Positions 1 to 9,434 of a stretch of DNA of 64,000 nucleotides are shown here, in pieces (position 1 is the stretch's first letter; every line of letters begins with the position of its first letter). The notes beneath the pieces are model-generated. The model was not told where the DNA came from. It did not search any database and worked only from the letters and a program-made list of their open reading frames with translations. Both the position numbers and the translations under genes were made by a program. This DNA is from an uncultured Chloroflexia bacterium. GTDB lineage: Bacteria; Chloroflexota; Anaerolineae; CG2-30-64-16. The stretch spans positions 1 to 64,000 of the forward strand of contig CAWEMM010000014.1 in the NCBI GenBank assembly GCA_963810095.1, given 5' to 3'.

Positions 1-28
1 CACCGGGGGAAGCGGCGGCCGGCTGGAG

Positions 29-498
29 TCATCTATTGCACTGGTCTTCGATGTACTGCATGACCGCAACTGCCCGTCGGTAGTAATCCCGTAGTCTCAT
101 CAGCGTAATGCCCGTGTTCTTGCCGTGTGCGATGGCATGACGCGTCGCCACTATCGAATCGATCGCCTCGCGTCGCCCATCATCGTTTAGGTAACGTTCA
201 AGCTGGTCTCCCCAGATTCCCTTGAAGTTGTAAGCAGTCTCGGACAGCTTGGCTGAGTTCGCATTCTGAATCTTGGACAACATCGACCGCGCGATATCTT
301 GCCACAGGTTCGCTCGCCGTACGAGTCACGAAATCACTATAGATCTCTGTGATCGCATTTTCGATAAACCCTGCTGTGAGACGCAAAGTATCGCGCCCAG
401 TGGGCAAGCATTTCCATGTCAGCGCCACATGCTTGTGGCGTGCGTTGGAACAGGTCGTCCAGGACCTGAAGCTGTCGGCTAAGGTCGCGGTTCCTCAT
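29..498 (-). CDS. HEPN domain protein (RiboL-PSP-HEPN/MAE_28990-like), frameshifted
   Basis: ATG at 498 overlaps the upstream stop (TAATG). Reads MRNRDLSRQL...HWARY / LTAGFIENAITEIY / SKIQNAN...IDSIVATRHAIAHG across three frames. RxxxxH HEPN motif RHAIAH at 125-142. Confidence 0.8.
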
Positions 499-1620
499 TA
501 GGCGCCCGACATATACTCTGTAGCTAGTCGAATACGTGTAGTGACGCTGTTCTCGTCCGATGTTGCCTTCGATGTGGCGGCCAGGTAGGCGTTGTCACCT
601 AAGAGCTTAGTGTAGGCATCTCGAAGGGATTCCAACTCGATGTGTGGCTTACCCTCGAGCCGGCGAACAAGCCCTACCATCACTGAATCGAAGACTGCCG
701 CGTATATGCCGCGGTCCGGCTTGAATGCGCGTATACCGACGCTGCCAAACATCGCATCGATGCAGTTGCGAAAGACCTCTTGCGAACGTAGGTGAAAAAC
801 TGCGTCTGCCAAGCGGTGGTTTTTAGCGAAGACGTTCAGGAATTCCCCCATCGGGCGCTCGTACTCATCCAGGTCGTAGTAAAGAGCGAAAAATCGGAGT
901 ATCAACTCCTGATCCTTAAGAGTTCGCTCGGGGGGTCCGAAAACTGTCCGCCACTGCGGGTAGCTATTTGATTCGCGAACGCATCGATAGCCGCTCCTGG
1001 GTAGATCGCAACACGGATTTGTTGCGGTGTGAGCTTTCTACCGGAGGTATTGAGACGTTCGAATATGTGATAGATGCTCGTATCATCGTCGGGGGGTGAT
1101 TCTTGTTTTACGATCGTGGCATGAATGATGGTGTCGTTCAGCACGACCTTATCGCTGCCCTTCAAGCCGGCATAGGTTCGTCCCGAAAAGGCTTCCTGAA
1201 CCTCAACCAAACGGAACACGCGCTGGGTATCTCGCCTTCTTTCGGATTGAAGTAACCGTTGTAAAAGAACTGAAGGGTTCTAAGCGCTGTTGGCCGTCGA
1301 TAACGAACATCTTTTTCGATTCCCAGCGTACGGAGAGAAACACCCGGCACGGGAAGCCCGAGAAGCAAGCTCTCTATGAAGCGCGAAGCTTCTTTTAGCG
1401 TCCAGACGTACGCTCTCTGGAACTTTGGAATGAAGATGTCTTCTCGGTCTAGGCGTTTGACGAGTCCCTCCACGTCCAAGTCGGCTCCGTAGCTGCTGAT
1501 GTCGTACTTGACTGCAGGCGCGGTTGGATCATTTTGAGCTTCGTCGACAACCCGTGTGCGTCGTCCGCTGGTCCGTCTCATTTCACGGCCATTTTCATCT
1601 TCCTGTCTCTGAATCGCCAA
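498..1620 (-). CDS. DUF262 (GmrSD N-terminal/ParB-like) domain protein, frameshifted
   Basis: IPKFQRAYVW...FIESLLLGLPVP in ORF 1162-1620, MFVIDGQQRL read at 1281-1310, and IFERLNTSG in ORF 902-1219 are the QR, DGQQR and FxxxN motifs of DUF262. Start position is approximate. Confidence 0.85.
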
Positions 1621-1961
1621 TTGGCTGGCTGAAGGATTCCCGCGAACGGGCCTCGATCTCGAGGAGGGTGCTTGCTGTCTTAGCGTAGATTACTGAAGTC
1701 TATCCAAGTTCGCTGAACCGCATCCGCCAATTTTGCCACATTTCTTCTCCAGAGTCGTCGATTGGACTAGATTCCACCAGTCGTAACGCCGCCCCTATCG
1801 CTGTCTTCTCGGCCAACAGCGAGTTTGAGAAGCGAACTCGGTTCGTTGTAGGCTGTGCTGTTCCTGCACAACAAACTTGTGAAACGTGGTTTTGCCAGTA
1901 ACGCTGTTACTGGCGAATCTCGCCACCAGATGCAGCAGTGACGGCGTTTTGAAATACTAAA

Positions 1962-2045
1962 TAGGGCGGGTGGGACTCGAACCCACAAAGTCTCTCGACC
2001 CTCGGTTTTTTAAGACCGATGCGTTTGCCATTTCGCCACCGCCCC
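1962..2045 (-). tRNA. tRNA-Leu (anticodon TAA), long variable arm, no encoded CCA
   Basis: Reverse complement GGGGCGG-TGGCGAAATGGCAAACGC-A-TCGGT-CTTAAAAA-ACCGA-GGGTCGAGAGACTTT-GTGGGTTCGAGTCCCAC-CCGCCCT-A gives a full cloverleaf with a T-loop GTTCGA. The anticodon loop has one extra A. Confidence 0.93.
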
Positions 2046-2106
2046 GCGCGATTACGGGTTATTATACCCGCTCTCCGCACTCCAGTCCACCGGGCTTCGT
2101 ACGTCC

Positions 2107-3642
2107 TTAGCTGGCTCCGCCGGCCCGGCCCAGCTCCGCAAACCGCTCCTTCAGCGCCGGGTACAGCCCGAGAAACACGCCGTACAGGTCATCATAGATC
2201 TGCCGGTTGGCCGGGTTGGGCAGGAAATCGCACTGTACGGCATAGACTGCCGCTCGGGCCTCCGCAAAGTCGCGATACACCCCCACCCCGACTCCCGCCA
2301 TCATGATGTCGCCCATCGCCGCACCCAGTCCTGCCCGCAGCTGGCGCACCGGCTTGCCCAGCACGTCCGCCTTGATCTGGTTCCACAGCGCGCTCCGAGC
2401 GCCCCCGCCCACGCATCCCATCCCAGACACGGCGAACCCGGCGCTTGCGGCAGCCTCCACGTTGTGCCGCAGGCCGTACGCCGCGCCCTCGAGGATCGCG
2501 CGCACCATGTCCGCTTTCGTCGTGGACAGCGAGAGGCCGAAGAAGACGCCCCGCGCGGCGCCGTCCCAGATCGGCGAGCGCTCGCCGAACATGTAGGGCA
2601 GGAAGACGAGCCGGTTGGCCCCGGGCGGACTGGCGGCCGCCAGCTCGTCCAGCAGTTGGAAGGGATCGCGGCCTGCTTGCTTGCCCCGCTCCCGTTCCGC
2701 GTCCGCCAGCGCGTCGCGCCACCAGCGCAAGGAGCCGCCGCCTGCCGACGACGCGCCGACCGCGAGATACTTGCCGGGCACCCCGTGAACCAGCGAAATC
2801 AGGTCGCGGCCCAGGTAGGGCCGGCTCGAACAGACCAGGACTACCGTCGACTGGCCGGTCATTTCCACCGCGTCGCCGTCGGCCAGCAGCCCGCCTTCTA
2901 CCGCGGCCGCCGTGCCATCGATGGACCCGGCAATGACCGGCGTCCCTTCCGCGAGGCCCGCTTCCCGGGCTGCGGATCGGGTGACGTGCCCGATGACCTC
3001 GTCGCAGGCTGCCAGGGGCGGCATGTGGGCCAGGTCGAGGCCCATGCGGTCCGCGAGGGCCTCCGAATAGGCCAACTTCGCGCTGTCGAAGAACAGCGTC
3101 ATCGGTCCGCTCGAAACGTCCATCCGCCGCGCGCCCGTCAACCGCATGCCGACGTAGCCGTTCGACTGCAGCACGGCGGCCGTCTGGCGGTACACCTCCG
3201 GCTCGTGCTCCTTAACCCACAGCCACTTGGGTGCGAAGTAAGAGGAGTCGATGCGCCCGCCGTTGATGCGCGTGATGTCCGCCTCGCCCACCCGCTCGGC
3301 CAGCGCACGGCACTGCGCGTCGCTCCGGCGATCCAGCCAGATGATCGCCGGGCGCAGAGGCGCGCCGCCCGCATCCACCGGCACGGCGCCGATGCCCTGC
3401 CCACTCACCCCGATCGCGGCGATGTCGCTGGCCGAGACGCCCGCGGCCGCGAGCACCTGGGGCACGACCGCGCAGCAGGCGCGCCACCATTGCTCCGGAT
3501 CTTGCTCGGCCCAGTTCGGATGCTCGAAACTCGTACCGTATTCCTGGCTCGCTTGCGCCAGCAGCGTGCCGTCGGCGTGGGCCAGAACGGCCTTAAGCCC
3601 GGTGGTGCCGGCGTCGATGCCCAATAAGTGCGTAGCTGTCAT
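2107..3642 (-). CDS. FGGY-family carbohydrate kinase (xylulokinase-like)
   Basis: LGIDAGTTGLK, EQDPEQWW, AIIWLDRR, FLPYMFGERSP, RAILEG and GGGARS motifs. Confidence 0.9.
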   Translation of the reverse strand: MTATHLLGIDAGTTGLKAVLAHADGTLLAQASQEYGTSFEHPNWAEQDPEQWWRACCAVVPQVLAAAGVSASDIAAIGVSGQGIGAVPVDAGGAPLRPAIIWLDRRSDAQCRALAERVGEADITRINGGRIDSSYFAPKWLWVKEHEPEVYRQTAAVLQSNGYVGMRLTGARRMDVSSGPMTLFFDSAKLAYSEALADRMGLDLAHMPPLAACDEVIGHVTRSAAREAGLAEGTPVIAGSIDGTAAAVEGGLLADGDAVEMTGQSTVVLVCSSRPYLGRDLISLVHGVPGKYLAVGASSAGGGSLRWWRDALADAERERGKQAGRDPFQLLDELAAASPPGANRLVFLPYMFGERSPIWDGAARGVFFGLSLSTTKADMVRAILEGAAYGLRHNVEAAASAGFAVSGMGCVGGGARSALWNQIKADVLGKPVRQLRAGLGAAMGDIMMAGVGVGVYRDFAEARAAVYAVQCDFLPNPANRQIYDDLYGVFLGLYPALKERFAELGRAGGAS

Positions 3643-3776
3643 CTGGGAATACCTCAGGACCCTTTCGGGCGCACGGCCGCGGCGTGCAGAGGCGGCGCGC
3701 TCTCGGCGGATGATAGCACAATCTTGCCCCGTAGCCCGCCCACGACTGACCGCCTATGTGCGCCTGACAAAGACCG

Positions 3777-3823
3777 GTCGTGTAAGGGCGAGACATCCCT
3801 CAGATGCCTCGCCCTTACACGAC
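3777..3823. repeat. REP-like palindrome (GGGCGAG(G/A)CAT...ATGCCTCGCCC family)
   Basis: gtcgtgtaagggcgagacatc-cctca-gatgcctcgcccttacacgac; the same core occurs at 56233-56268. Confidence 0.75.
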
Positions 3824-3943
3824 GGTTGGGCTCAGGGGCACGGTCAGAGACCGGCCCCAGCTGATTCTCGAAGCGTTACTGAGGCTTCGCGTTCCCAACC
3901 GCTCCGTGCTAAACTACGGCCACCGCGATCAAGGAGGCAGACC

Positions 3944-4714
3944 ATGGCCTGGCTACCCGACGGCACTCCGCTGCCCGGCCGGCTATTCATCGTCGAGGGC
4001 ATCGACGGCTCGGGCAAGAGCACCCAACTCGACCTGCTCCACAAGTGGCTCGTCAGCGAAGGTTATCTCGTCGTCTTCACCGAGTGGAACTCGTCGCCGA
4101 TTGTCCGCCGCACCACCCAGCGGGGCAAGAAGGAGCAACTGCTCACCCCGCTCACTTTCAGCCTGATCCATGCGGCCGACCTGGCCGACCGCATGGAACG
4201 CCAGGTGATCCCGGCGCTCCGGGCCGGCGCCGTCGTCCTGGCCGACCGGTACATCTACACCGCGTTTGCGCGCGACGGTGCGCGGGGCGTGGAGCCGAAA
4301 TGGGTCCGCAAGATCTACTCCTTCGCGGTCCGCCCCACGGTCGCCTTCTATTTCCAGGTCCCGCTCGACGAGGCGCTGCGCCGCATCCTGGTGGGCCGGC
4401 CCGCACTGAAGTGGTACGAGGCGGGCATGGACTTGGGCCTGAGCCCCGACCCCTACGAGTGTTTCCGTCTCTTCCAGAAGCGGATCCTCGGCCAGTACCA
4501 GGGGATGATCGAGGAGTTTGGCCTGACGGCCATCGACGCGACGCTCCCGCTCGTGTACCAGCAGCAGCAGGTGCGCACGTTGGTCATGCCGCACCTCCGG
4601 AACGTACCGAAGATCAACCCGGCGCCGTGGCGTGAGGTGTTGGCGAAGGAAGGGCTCTACGGACGCTACCTCAGCCTGGGGCAACCCGAGGCGCAGTCGA
4701 GGAGCGAGCCATGA
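3944..4714 (+). CDS. Thymidylate kinase-like P-loop kinase, copy A
   Basis: AAGGAGG SD then ATG 3944. Motifs FIVEGIDGSGKSTQ and LADRYIY; TEWNSS replaces the canonical TREPGG; WYEAGMDL. Confidence 0.88.
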   Translation: MAWLPDGTPLPGRLFIVEGIDGSGKSTQLDLLHKWLVSEGYLVVFTEWNSSPIVRRTTQRGKKEQLLTPLTFSLIHAADLADRMERQVIPALRAGAVVLADRYIYTAFARDGARGVEPKWVRKIYSFAVRPTVAFYFQVPLDEALRRILVGRPALKWYEAGMDLGLSPDPYECFRLFQKRILGQYQGMIEEFGLTAIDATLPLVYQQQQVRTLVMPHLRNVPKINPAPWREVLAKEGLYGRYLSLGQPEAQSRSEP

Positions 4715-5412
4715 CGCGCATCCACTATCACGGCGCGGGAAGCATCCCCGGTTTCGACGCGACCGAGCTGCCCGGCCGCCTCATCGTGTTGGAAGGTACG
4801 GACGGCGTCGGCCGCACCACGCAGGTGGCGCTGCTGCACGAATGGCTGGAGGCGAACGGCTATGCGGTGACGCAGACCGGGCTCGCGCGGTCCTCGCTCG
4901 TCGGGCCGGGACTGCAGCGGGCGAAGCAGGGGCACACCCTCGGCGACGTCACAATGAACCTGTTCTACGCTACAGACTTTGCCGACCGGCTGGAGAAGGA
5001 GATCATCCCCGCGCTGCGGGCGGGCTTCGTCTGCCTCACTGACCGCTACATCTACTCGCTGATCGCCCGCGCACTGGTGCGCGGTGTGGACCGGACGTGG
5101 CTGCGCGACCTGTTTGGCTTTGCGCTGGCGCCCGACGCGGTGTTCTATCTCGAGGCTGACCTCGACCACCTCGCGCCCCGGGTACTGGCCGGCGAGGGGT
5201 TCGACTACTGGGAATCCGGGATGGACCTATACCGCGGCGACGACATCTATCAAAACTGGCGGCAGTACCAGGAGCAGTTGATCGCCCAGTTCCGGGCTAT
5301 CGGCAAGGAATACAACTTCATTCCCATCGACGCCAACCGGTCGGTGCACGAGATCTTCAACGACCTCCGCAAACGCCTCCAGCCCATCGTGCGGGGGATG
5401 AAGCCGCAATAA
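4711..5412 (+). CDS. Thymidylate kinase-like protein, copy B (variant P-loop)
   Basis: ATGA overlap with copy A. Motifs IVLEGTDGVGRTTQ (Lys to Arg in Walker A), LTDRYIY and YWESGMDL. Confidence 0.88.
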   Translation: MTRIHYHGAGSIPGFDATELPGRLIVLEGTDGVGRTTQVALLHEWLEANGYAVTQTGLARSSLVGPGLQRAKQGHTLGDVTMNLFYATDFADRLEKEIIPALRAGFVCLTDRYIYSLIARALVRGVDRTWLRDLFGFALAPDAVFYLEADLDHLAPRVLAGEGFDYWESGMDLYRGDDIYQNWRQYQEQLIAQFRAIGKEYNFIPIDANRSVHEIFNDLRKRLQPIVRGMKPQ

Positions 5413-5492
5413 CGAGGCTGCCACGATCAAGAAACCAGAGATTGTCAACGCGCCAGCCTTCGCTGGCGCAAAACTGTGGTTTCTGCGATCCG

Positions 5493-6423
5493 TCAATATA
5501 CTTCCGGCACAAAGGTCTGGTCGGTGATGGGCGGGCGGACATAGCCGCCGTCGGCCTGGCGCGGGGGCAGGGAGATCGGCTCAGGCGTCAGGTCCTCGTA
5601 CGGAATCAGGCTCAGCAGGTGACGGATCACGTTAAGCCGGGCGCGCTTCTTGTCGTCCGCGTTAACGACGTACCAGGTGGCCTGCTTGATGTCGGTCGCC
5701 GCGAACATCGCGTCCTTGGCCTTCGAATACTCCACCCACTTGGTCCGCGACTGCAGGTCCATCGGGCTGAGCTTCCAGCGCTTGGTCGGGTCTTCGATGC
5801 GCGCCTTGAACCGGCGCTCCTGTTCGTCGTCGCTGACCGAGAACCAATACTTGATCAGGATGGTGCCTGAGCGCACGAGCATACGCTCAAACTCGGGGCA
5901 GGAGCGCAGGAACTCGCGGTACTCGTCCTCGGCGCAGAAGCCCATGACCCGTTCGACGCCGGCCCGGTTGTACCAGCTGCGGTCGAAGAGCACCATCTCG
6001 CCCCCGGCCGGCAGGTGTTGGACATACCTCTGGAAGTACCACTGGGTTTTCTCACGCTCGGTCGGCACACCCAGGGCCACGACGCGCGCATAGCGGGGAT
6101 TGAGCGGCGCCGTGATGGTCTTGATCGCACCGCCCTTGCCGGCGGCATCACGGCCTTCGAAGACGATCACCACCTTCAGCCCTTGCGCCTTGATCCACTC
6201 CTGGAACTTGACGAGCTCGATATTCAGCTTGGCAAGCTCCGCCTCGTATTCGGCTGCCGACATCTTTTTGCGGTGTTCCAGCTTTTCCGGTGCGGCTGCC
6301 TGATCGAGGGCGGCGGGTTGCGCGGCTGGCTCGGCCTGGTTGCCATTTCCGTGCCGCGTCATGAGCGTGCGCATGCTGGGCGTCATCGTGTTTTTCCGCA
6401 TGCTTGTCCTTCTGTTTCGACAT
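5493..6423 (-). CDS. ppk2: Polyphosphate kinase 2
   Basis: FEGRDAAGKGG, WYFQRY, FDRSWYNRAGVERVMGF and KRWKLSPMD motifs. Likely start is ATG 6423 (GGAGG SD), with an N-terminal frameshift. Confidence 0.95.
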
Positions 6424-6463
6424 GAGAACACCTCCGCGTGCGAAAGAGCCTTCTAAGTGGGGC

Positions 6464-9202
6464 TTACGGGGTGGCCAGCGCCAACCCCAGCGAACGACGA
6501 AATTCGACGCCGGTGAGCGCGGCCCACGGCGCGTCGAACAGGCCGAGCAAGTCCGCCTGGATCTGCTGCTGGGTCAGCAGGTAGGCTTCGACGCCCGGCA
6601 TCGGCTCGGGTTTCTTGCGGCTGCGCTGCGCGGTCAGGAAGTCGACGATCAGCCCTTCGGCCACGTGCGCGTCCTGCATGGCGCCCAGATGCTCCTGCAT
6701 CGCCGTGACCTGTTTGATCACGTCCCCTCCGCCCGCCCCCAGCAGCTTGGCGAAGAACTCGAGCGCGTAGCGCAGCCGTTTGCAGTCGATGCGCAGCATG
6801 TGGTACGTCGTAATCGGCGCGGTCGACAGCACCACCTCGTACGCCCGCACCTGCTCGTACCGCTCCATGATCAGGCGCGGGATGACATGCCGCACCTGGT
6901 GTGCGATGGGCTCGCCGGGCGGGACGGCGTTCGCACCCGCGCCCGGTGTCAGCAAAAACGTCCGGAAGTTTTCCACGAAGCGCTGGTAGCCTTCGCCGTT
7001 CAGGTAGTCCAGCAGCTCTGCCGCGCGCCGCCTCACGCTGCCCCGCCCACTGGCCGAGCAGCGGCGCGAGGCTGAGGCCCGTTTCCGGCGCGAGGCTCGC
7101 CTCATAGGTGCTCGCCTTTTCGATGAGCACGTCGAGGTCGCGCACCGCCCCCAGCGTCGCGCCGGCCCGGCGCAGCTCCTTGTTGAACCTGGCGATCGCG
7201 GGCTTTTCGTAGAATGGCTCGAAGACCCGGTAGGCGGCGCGCAGCCGGCGGGTCGAAACGCGCATATCGTGCAGGAACTCGATGTCCTCGCCTTTGCGTG
7301 TCCCGTCCTCGTTCGCCAGCATTTTCATGAAGTGCGTGAACATCACCTTGCGCCCGGCTTCGGCCATGGGCTCGTCGGGCTCGACCGGCGGCAAGGTGGC
7401 GACGGGTCCCGCCGGTTCTGCCGGGGCTTCGGGCGGGGCAGCCGCGGGTTGCTCGCCGGCGGCAGCTTCGGCGGCGCGCCGCGCAGCCGCGAACGTCAGC
7501 TCGTGCTTCAGGTTCTCGCGCCAGTAGCGCGCGCGGCCATTGGCGCGGCGTGTGTCGGCCTCGGCCGCTGGGCCCTCGAGGGTGAGGGTGCACGTTTCGG
7601 ATCCCTTGCACTCTGTGGCAAGGATGCGCGTGCTGCGCTCGCCGTCGTACGTCAGCGCCGACGCGATCTGCAGGAGGCAGGCGAGGGCGATGACTTCCTT
7701 GCGCCGCTTCGGCTCGAGGGCCTCCAGCGCGGGCTCCTTGTTCGGCTTCATCTTGTCGCGCTGCAGCGCCACGATGCAGGCGAGCTCCAGACGGTCCTCG
7801 GTGCTTACGTCGTGCAAGGGCTGCGCGAGGATCAGGTCGCGGCCTGCGCGTTCCGGCTCGACGCTGTCTTGGGACGCTCCCACAGTGGCCAGGAGGGCCG
7901 CAGTGCGCACCAGCTTGCGGCGCTTGCGGGGCAGCCCGTGCACCTTGCGGAGCGCGTCGAACAGGACCAGCGCATTCTCGCAGACGACCCGTGCCGCGCG
8001 GGCCGTTGACCCCGTGCACTCGGCTAAAATCGCCCACGGTCGGGAGACCCTCTTTCGCAGCCCGCTGGCCCTTCTTGCTCTTGGGCGATGGGTCCGGCTC
8101 TGCCTGCGGCGCGGTCCGGGGTCTCGGGCGCCCGGCGTGCCGGTTCAGTTACAGGCGGGGGCGTCGCAGGCGTTGCGACGTGGGCCGGGGCGGCGGCCGG
8201 CTGCGACGGGCTTGCGGGGGGCGTGTGGCCGGCGCACCGACGTGCCCTTGACGGCCGCGGGCGCTGCAGGCGACGCGACGACCGCCGGCTCAGCCGCCGC
8301 AGCCAGTTCCTCGCCCTCCGCCGCGCCCGGCGCAAAGATGCCCATCCGCTTTGCGCGGAACTCGCGTATCCAGAACCGGATCCGGCCCGACGACAGACCC
8401 GTGCGGGCGACGATGTCGCCGGGTCGGCAGGCCGCTGGCCCAACTCAGCACCGCAGCCGCCCGCCGGGCCAGCTCGGCGTCTGCTCCCGCCTCGTAGGCG
8501 GTCAGGTGGCGCCGTTCTTCGTCCGACAGGCCGCCTTCGACCGCCGTTCCGCGCAGGCGAAGCATCTCGAGCGCCCGCACGAACTTGGAGCAGGGCTCCG
8601 GCTGCAGGCCGTGCTCGCCCAGCAGCGCCTCGGCCACCCTTTCGAGGTCGCTCTCGCGTCCGTCCGGCCCCAGCTCGATTTCCAGTTCGTAGTAAAAGGC
8701 GGGCCGCTTGCCCACCACCGCCCGCACTTCGTCCAGGCTCCATTCGCCGACGACGCGTTGGCCCTCGACGAGGTTGGCTTTGGCGCGGGATTGGTTCAGG
8801 TCGAAGAGCGGTTGGAGAGGGGCGCCCCGGGTGATGTCGAGCGCCAGCCGGCGCGCGTCGCTTGGCGGCCAGTCGCGCGGGGTCCAGCTCCAGGGACGCC
8901 AGCGCAACCTCGTGCTCGTCCCGGCGGTGTAGGGCGCTGGCAGGGGCGCCGCCAGCTGCCGCCGCCTCGGCGTCCGGTGCGCTGCCCAGTCCCTTGAGGG
9001 TAGCCAGCACCCGGCCGCTCTGCATGCGCAGGCGACAGGAGAAGCCGGCTCCGAGAAGCCGCCCGTCCGCTGTGTCGTAGTAACGGTCGACGACGTCTAT
9101 GCGTCCGGTCCGCACAATGTCATACCCGGCAACGCTCCGCAGCCGGAGTAGGTTACGGTGCGCCTCTCGATTCGGCACGCGGAACTTGGCTTCGATCTCC
9201 AT
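6464..9202 (-). CDS. CYTH + HTH + Ppx/GppA-type degenerate HD + CHAD multidomain protein, frameshifted
   Basis: CYTH: MEIEAKF...DRYYDT...CRLR...ATLKG...YELEIEL...SKFVRAL. HTH at about 8335-8530. Ppx C-terminal-like: LVLFDALRKVHGL...LVRTAALLATVG. CHAD: LHDMRVSTRRLR, LGAVRDLDV, HMLRIDCKRLRY, LGAMQD. Joined across about 5 frame changes. Confidence 0.8.
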
Positions 9203-9434
9203 GCACGTCCCCTGTTCACCAACGAATAACACGGGCAGTATAGCATACGCGAATGTTGCGGATCAAGGCCGGATTTGCGTACGGCCGCTTTGCGGGATCC
9301 TGCCCTCGCACCCTTACAGCTTCACCGCGCGGCGCCATCCGAGGCGTGCACAAGAGCCCTGCTGCCGCTGTCACCCGGGCCGGGCAACCATGTATAATGA
9401 CGCCACTCCTGACGCCTTTCATTCGCGGGGTTTC

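Noticed and set aside
3251-3943. N-terminal extension of tmk-like A, and the many long antisense or alternate-frame ORFs in the track
   Set aside because: These are shadow ORFs typical of high-GC DNA (Arg/Pro/Ala-rich, no motifs). A strong SD supports ATG 3944.
3944-5412. Ordinary duplicated housekeeping tmk
   Set aside because: Both copies lack TREPGG, copy B has an altered P-loop, and the context is polyP genes, so the tmk symbol was withheld.
8335-8530. IS630-family transposon insertion
   Set aside because: Only the HTH-like segment is present. There is no DDE domain or terminal repeats, and it continues from the CYTH reading frame.
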